NCBI RefSeq assembly: GCF_004010195.1
Contig: NC_057718.1
Coordinates: 56,447,214-56,488,870, forward strand
DNA from: Chiloscyllium plagiosum
Lineage: Eukaryota
Reading direction: 5' to 3'
Length of the DNA: 41,657 nt
The translations under genes and the position numbers were made by a program. Every line of letters begins with the position of its first letter. Position 1 is the stretch's first letter. The notes below the pieces were generated by a model, which ran no database searches, was not told the DNA's origin, and saw only the letters and a program-made list of their open reading frames with translations. This document shows positions 37,288 to 41,657 of the stretch, in pieces.

Positions 37288-37499
37288 GAAGCATCAATCT
37301 CACAGATTACCTTTCTAATTAGATGATTGTTGCTCCATATATAAAAAATGTTAGACAGCATCAGAAAAAAGATTTTGGCGAAGTTTGGGGAGGTGACTAT
37401 ATCCTGTAGCAGAACATTAAATCTGCCACTTCTTTTCCTTTCTCCACTTGAAATTCTTGGCAGTGACAACTTAGTCTGGACGGCCAAGGAATGGCATAA

Positions 37500-37800
37500 A
37501 ATCAACAAGTGTGGAACTGGAAAAGCACAGCCGGTCAGGCAGCATCTGAGGAGCAGGAGAGTTGACATTTCAAGCATAAGCTCTTCTTCAGGAGCGTGGG
37601 GGTGCCCAAGGGGGTTGAGAGATAAATGGGAAGGGGATGGGCTGGGGTGGTGTAGGAAGCTAGGAATGCAATAAGTGGATGAAGGTAGGGGGTGATGGTG
37701 ATATGTTGGAGTGGAGGGTGGAGTGAATAGGTGGAAAGGAAGAAGGACAGATAGGACAGTTCAAGAGGGCAGTGCCAAATTAGAGGGTTGGATCTGAGGT
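37500..37800 (-). mobile_element. Penelope-type terminal repeat fragment with hammerhead-like core (~37564-37591), sense to the kinase pre-mRNA
   Basis: On -: CTGAAGA-A-GAGC(TTAT)GCTT-GAAA-TG-TC followed by GATGCTGCCTGACC.GCTG.GCTTTTCCAG. Confidence 0.72.
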
Positions 37801-37914
37801 AGTTTCCTCATTTATTTTTCATGTAAAATTTTTTTTTAAAAAATCACTTACACCTGGTTTTTCAGCAAATGTGTAATTCAGACTACTTTGGCAGTGTATA
37901 AATTTAGATACTTT

Positions 37915-38375
37915 TAGTAGCAGCAATGTTAATGGACTGGTAATTCAGAGCGATGGACTATTAATCAAGACAAAATAGGATTTCAGATTCTATCACGGTA
38001 CTTTGAGAATTGTATTTCATTTTTTAAAAACCTGGAAATAAAAATTTGGTATCAGTTAAAGTGACATGAAATGACTTGATTGTAATAGCAACCTATTTGA
38101 TTCACTAATGCTATTTCTGGAGAAGAAAACATTAATCTTTGTCTGTATGCCATTCGAGTCTTACACCAATAAGGTTGACTCTTGACTGCATTCTCTAGAA
38201 GCCTGACAATCCATTCAATTACAATGCAACAATCACAAGAAAGAATTGGTTGCAACAATCACAAGAAAGAATTGGTTGCAATAGTCCAAGACAAAGGTTC
38301 ACTACCTTCTTCTGACAACTAGGGGCTGGGTAATGAATCCTGACCTTGTCATTTATATTCACATTTCAGGGTTAA
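37915..38375 (+). mobile_element. Old SINE-like element related to 22360-22681, with a perfect 26-bp tandem duplication at 38225-38276
   Basis: TGGACTGGTAATTCAGAG, TTCACTAATG, GGTTGACTCT and ACAACTAGGG.TGGGTAAT motifs; (TGCAACAATCACAAGAAAGAATTGGT)2. Confidence 0.6.
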
Positions 38376-38559
38376 TTTTTTTAAAAAGTATGGAATAGTC
38401 TTCCAATAAACTTCTGCAAAATTAAAAATAATGGATCAAGGTAATTTTTGTACATTGAGATATCATAATCTGGATTAGCCCCTGCACCACCCGACTCCAG
38501 TAAATGTGTGATTATCTAATTTGGTAGCAAATACAGGAAGAAAATTATCTTAATGGCAA

Positions 38560-39105
38560 TATGTTAAGAAAGTGGTGATGAGCCAGTGAATTCTCTGTCA
38601 CAGAAAATAGTTGTGGTCAAACATTAAAAGTTTTTAAGGAGGAGTTAGATACAGTTTTTAGGGTTAAAGGCATTAAAGGGTACGGGGTGAAAGAAGGAAC
38701 AGATACTGAGCAGGATGATCAGCCACGATCGTATTGAATGGCACAGCAGACTCAAAGAGCCAAATGGCCTACAATTATTTAGAACAATAGAACAATACAG
38801 CACAGAAGTGGTCCTTCGGCCCATGATGTTGTGCTGAACATTTGTCCTAGCTTAAGCACCCATCCATGTACCTATCCAATTGCCGCTTAAAGGTCACCAA
38901 TGATTCTGACTCTGCCACTCCCACAGGCAGCGCATTCCATGCCCCCATCACTCTCTGGGGAAAGAACCTACCCCTGACATCCCCCCTATACCTTCCACCC
39001 TTCACCTTAAATTTATGTCCCCTTATAACACTCTGTTGTACCCGGGGAAAAAGTTTCTGACTGTCTACTCTATCTATTCCTCTGATCATCTTATAAACCT
39101 CTATC
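38560..39105. mobile_element. Two CR1 3' fragments tail-to-tail (+ ~38560-38772; - ~38781-39105)
   Basis: On -: MIEVYKMIRGIDRV...RGHKFKVKGGRY...WNALP with a (TATTGTTC) tail. The + fragment ends CAAATGGCCTAC. Confidence 0.82.
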
Positions 39106-39871
39106 ATTTTATTATTTTATATGTATGTGTGTTAATACTTCCACCGCAATGCTCCACACTGGTTGAAGCTGCAAGCTTGTACTGTAGCAATTACATTAGG
39201 ATAAATTAATTAATCTGCTGCTCCTGGGAGGAAATTACACTCAAAAAAGAAAGTTTAAATCAGAGATACAGTGCAAACCTGCATGAATCGGTTTTGAAGA
39301 AAAAAATCTGTTCACACTGGGAACATAGATTTGATGAATTTACTCATGTACCTGCTGCAACACATTTTATTTTGAATAGTACAAGATACCACAAGTGAAA
39401 TCACAGATATAACTTGCATCTCTTTTTATTATTATTTCATTGTACCTTTCGATTTATAAATTTGGTAAAGTATGTTGCACAAGTCTTTTATAGGGCCATG
39501 CCATTAAATAAATTAGCAAATTTTCTTCCATGTAAACTTTCTGGTCACTGAAGGCACGAAGATCTTAGAGTTGGGAAATGAAAAACTTTTCCCATACTCA
39601 CTTACAGAAATAAGATTAGGATAAAGTTTGTAAACTGGCTATTTTTTATAGCCTTTCCAAGTATGACTACAATTGTGTGTTAATTTCTGATACACTATTT
39701 CATTTAAGGTGATGTGTATGGAATTCCTAAAAGCATTGCAAGATTTGGACTTTCATTTTGCTTGGACTTTTGGAACTTAAATCCTACACATGAAAGGACA
39801 ACTATTGAATATGCAGCAATATCAATTCTTCCTTCACAAATGTTTGAATGATACATAACTCAAATATTTTA

Positions 39872-40114
<243 letters not shown>

Positions 40115-40704
40115 TTAATCTTTTAAATATTTGCTCACAAGCTATAAAGATAAAATTGTTAAGTGTTAAGATTTATTAACTAAATTTTGAAGCATTTCTT
40201 GCATAGGCTTATGTATACTTATTTAGCAGTGTCAGCATTGAATTTTTGTTTCCTTATGGCACATACAAAATAAGTCAAAATAAGTCACACACACAGTATG
40301 CATTTCTTCTATCAAAACCCAACATTTAGCCCAAAAACTCAAAATTTGAATCAATTTTCAAAACATTGGCTGGAATGTATTATAAAATTTTAAAAAACTG
40401 ATAAATCCTTCTGAATCATATAGATGGAAAGTGGTTAATTTTAGTAAAAGTACTTTAACCTCTCAACTTTAGTTCAACAAATATTCAACTAGATTTTTCC
40501 AAATAGGCAATCTGTATCAGTGATTAGCATTATTAGAGTGCACAAACGAAGTCTTGTGATACAACTGCACATTAACGATGTTAAATGATCATCTAGTAAC
40601 CTAACAACCAAAAAAAAAGTACACTTTCAAATACATTAGCATGCCACCAAATGGTAGTATTGAGATGTACTACAAGCATAGTGGCACTGCACATTATGAC
40701 AATC

Positions 40705-41018
40705 TTAGATTTAGATTACTTACAGTGTGGAAACAGGCCCTTCGGCCCAACAAGTCCACACCGCCACGCCGAAGCGCAACCCACCCATACCCCTACCATT
40801 TACCAGTTACCTAACACTACGGGCAATTTAGCATGGCCAATTCACCTGACCTGCACATCTTTGGACTGTGGGAGGAAACCGGAGCACCCGGAGAAAACCC
40901 ACGCAGACACAGGGAGAACGTGCAAACTCCACACAGTCAGTCGCCTGAGTCGGGAATTGAACCCGGGTCTCTGGCGCTGTGAGGCAGCAGTGCTAACTGC
41001 TGTGCCACCGTGCCGCTC
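40705..41018 (-). mobile_element. HE1-type SINE in the kinase intron
   Basis: Highly similar to 3376-3714; B box GGTTCAATTCC intact. Confidence 0.9.
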
Positions 41019-41349
41019 ACTCTAGCAAGTGCAGTGTCACTGCAGGTGTATTTCATTGCTACCTTTAAAAAGGTACATAAAAACAAATGTCGTAGTAATA
41101 TATTTTGTTTACTGGACAACACCCAGCCTCCAATTGCCATAAATTATGACAATAGGGCAAAAGTAGAACCTCTAGGATTCTGAGGTATTTTAGGTGTTGG
41201 AGATGATTTCCTCGAATTCCAGGAGCAGCAATCACTGTTTTATATGCTGTTGCATTGTTTTGAAAATTTGGGGAAAAAAAAGTCAAAACAACAGCAGTTT
41301 AAAAGGGAGAAGAGCAGACAAAGGAAGCACATGGTGAGGACAGTGCCGG

Positions 41350-41440
41350 AGAGTGAGAGAGAGAGTGAGAGTGAGAGTGTGAGAGAGAGACAGAGAGAGA
41401 GAGAGTGAGAGTGAGAGAGTGATAGAGTGAGAGAGAGAGA
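41350..41440. repeat. (GA)n/(GAGT)n microsatellite
   Basis: Directly visible simple repeat. Confidence 0.95.
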
Positions 41441-41657
41441 AAAAGAAAACCTGCACAATTACCGCCTTTGCTGTTTGAATTAGTGTATCGCTGGACATCG
41501 GACTGCATCTGGGAAAATTAACAAACAGTGAAATTCACAACTAATCTTGGAGGAACTGTTGGACGAAGTTCACAGCACAGAATCAGATAAGTTAATTGTT
41601 GTTTTAAGTCTGTCCAAGAGAAAGGCTGCAGTAGTGGGTACAGTGGATTCTTTCTTG

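Noticed and set aside
41240..41508. Ser/Leu-rich ORFs
   Set aside because: Translations of the (GA)n microsatellite.

Overview
Vertebrate genomic DNA, very probably from a shark or ray, judged by HE1-type tRNA-derived SINEs and their CR1/HER1-type partner LINEs. It holds two convergent protein-coding genes. On +, a two-coding-exon PRORSD1 (ProXp-ala/YbaK-like tRNA-editing deacylase, 170 aa; exons 5701-5784 and 12954-13382). On -, the last four coding exons and a ~3 kb 3'UTR of an MSK-family kinase (RPS6KA5/MSK1-like). The remainder is mostly decayed, often nested retroelements (CR1-group, L1/Tx1-like, Penelope-like, SINEs), one probable hAT MITE and a 337-nt assembly gap. The two most interesting signals are: (1) the kinase's position beside PRORSD1 suggests a third MSK ohnolog linked to CCDC88A and absent from the human locus; (2) Penelope terminal repeats carry several minimal hammerhead ribozyme motifs, including a 315-bp TSD-flanked, near-perfect palindromic element with a hammerhead on each strand. 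All family assignments come from recalled sequences and motifs, not from database searches, and repeat boundaries are approximate.
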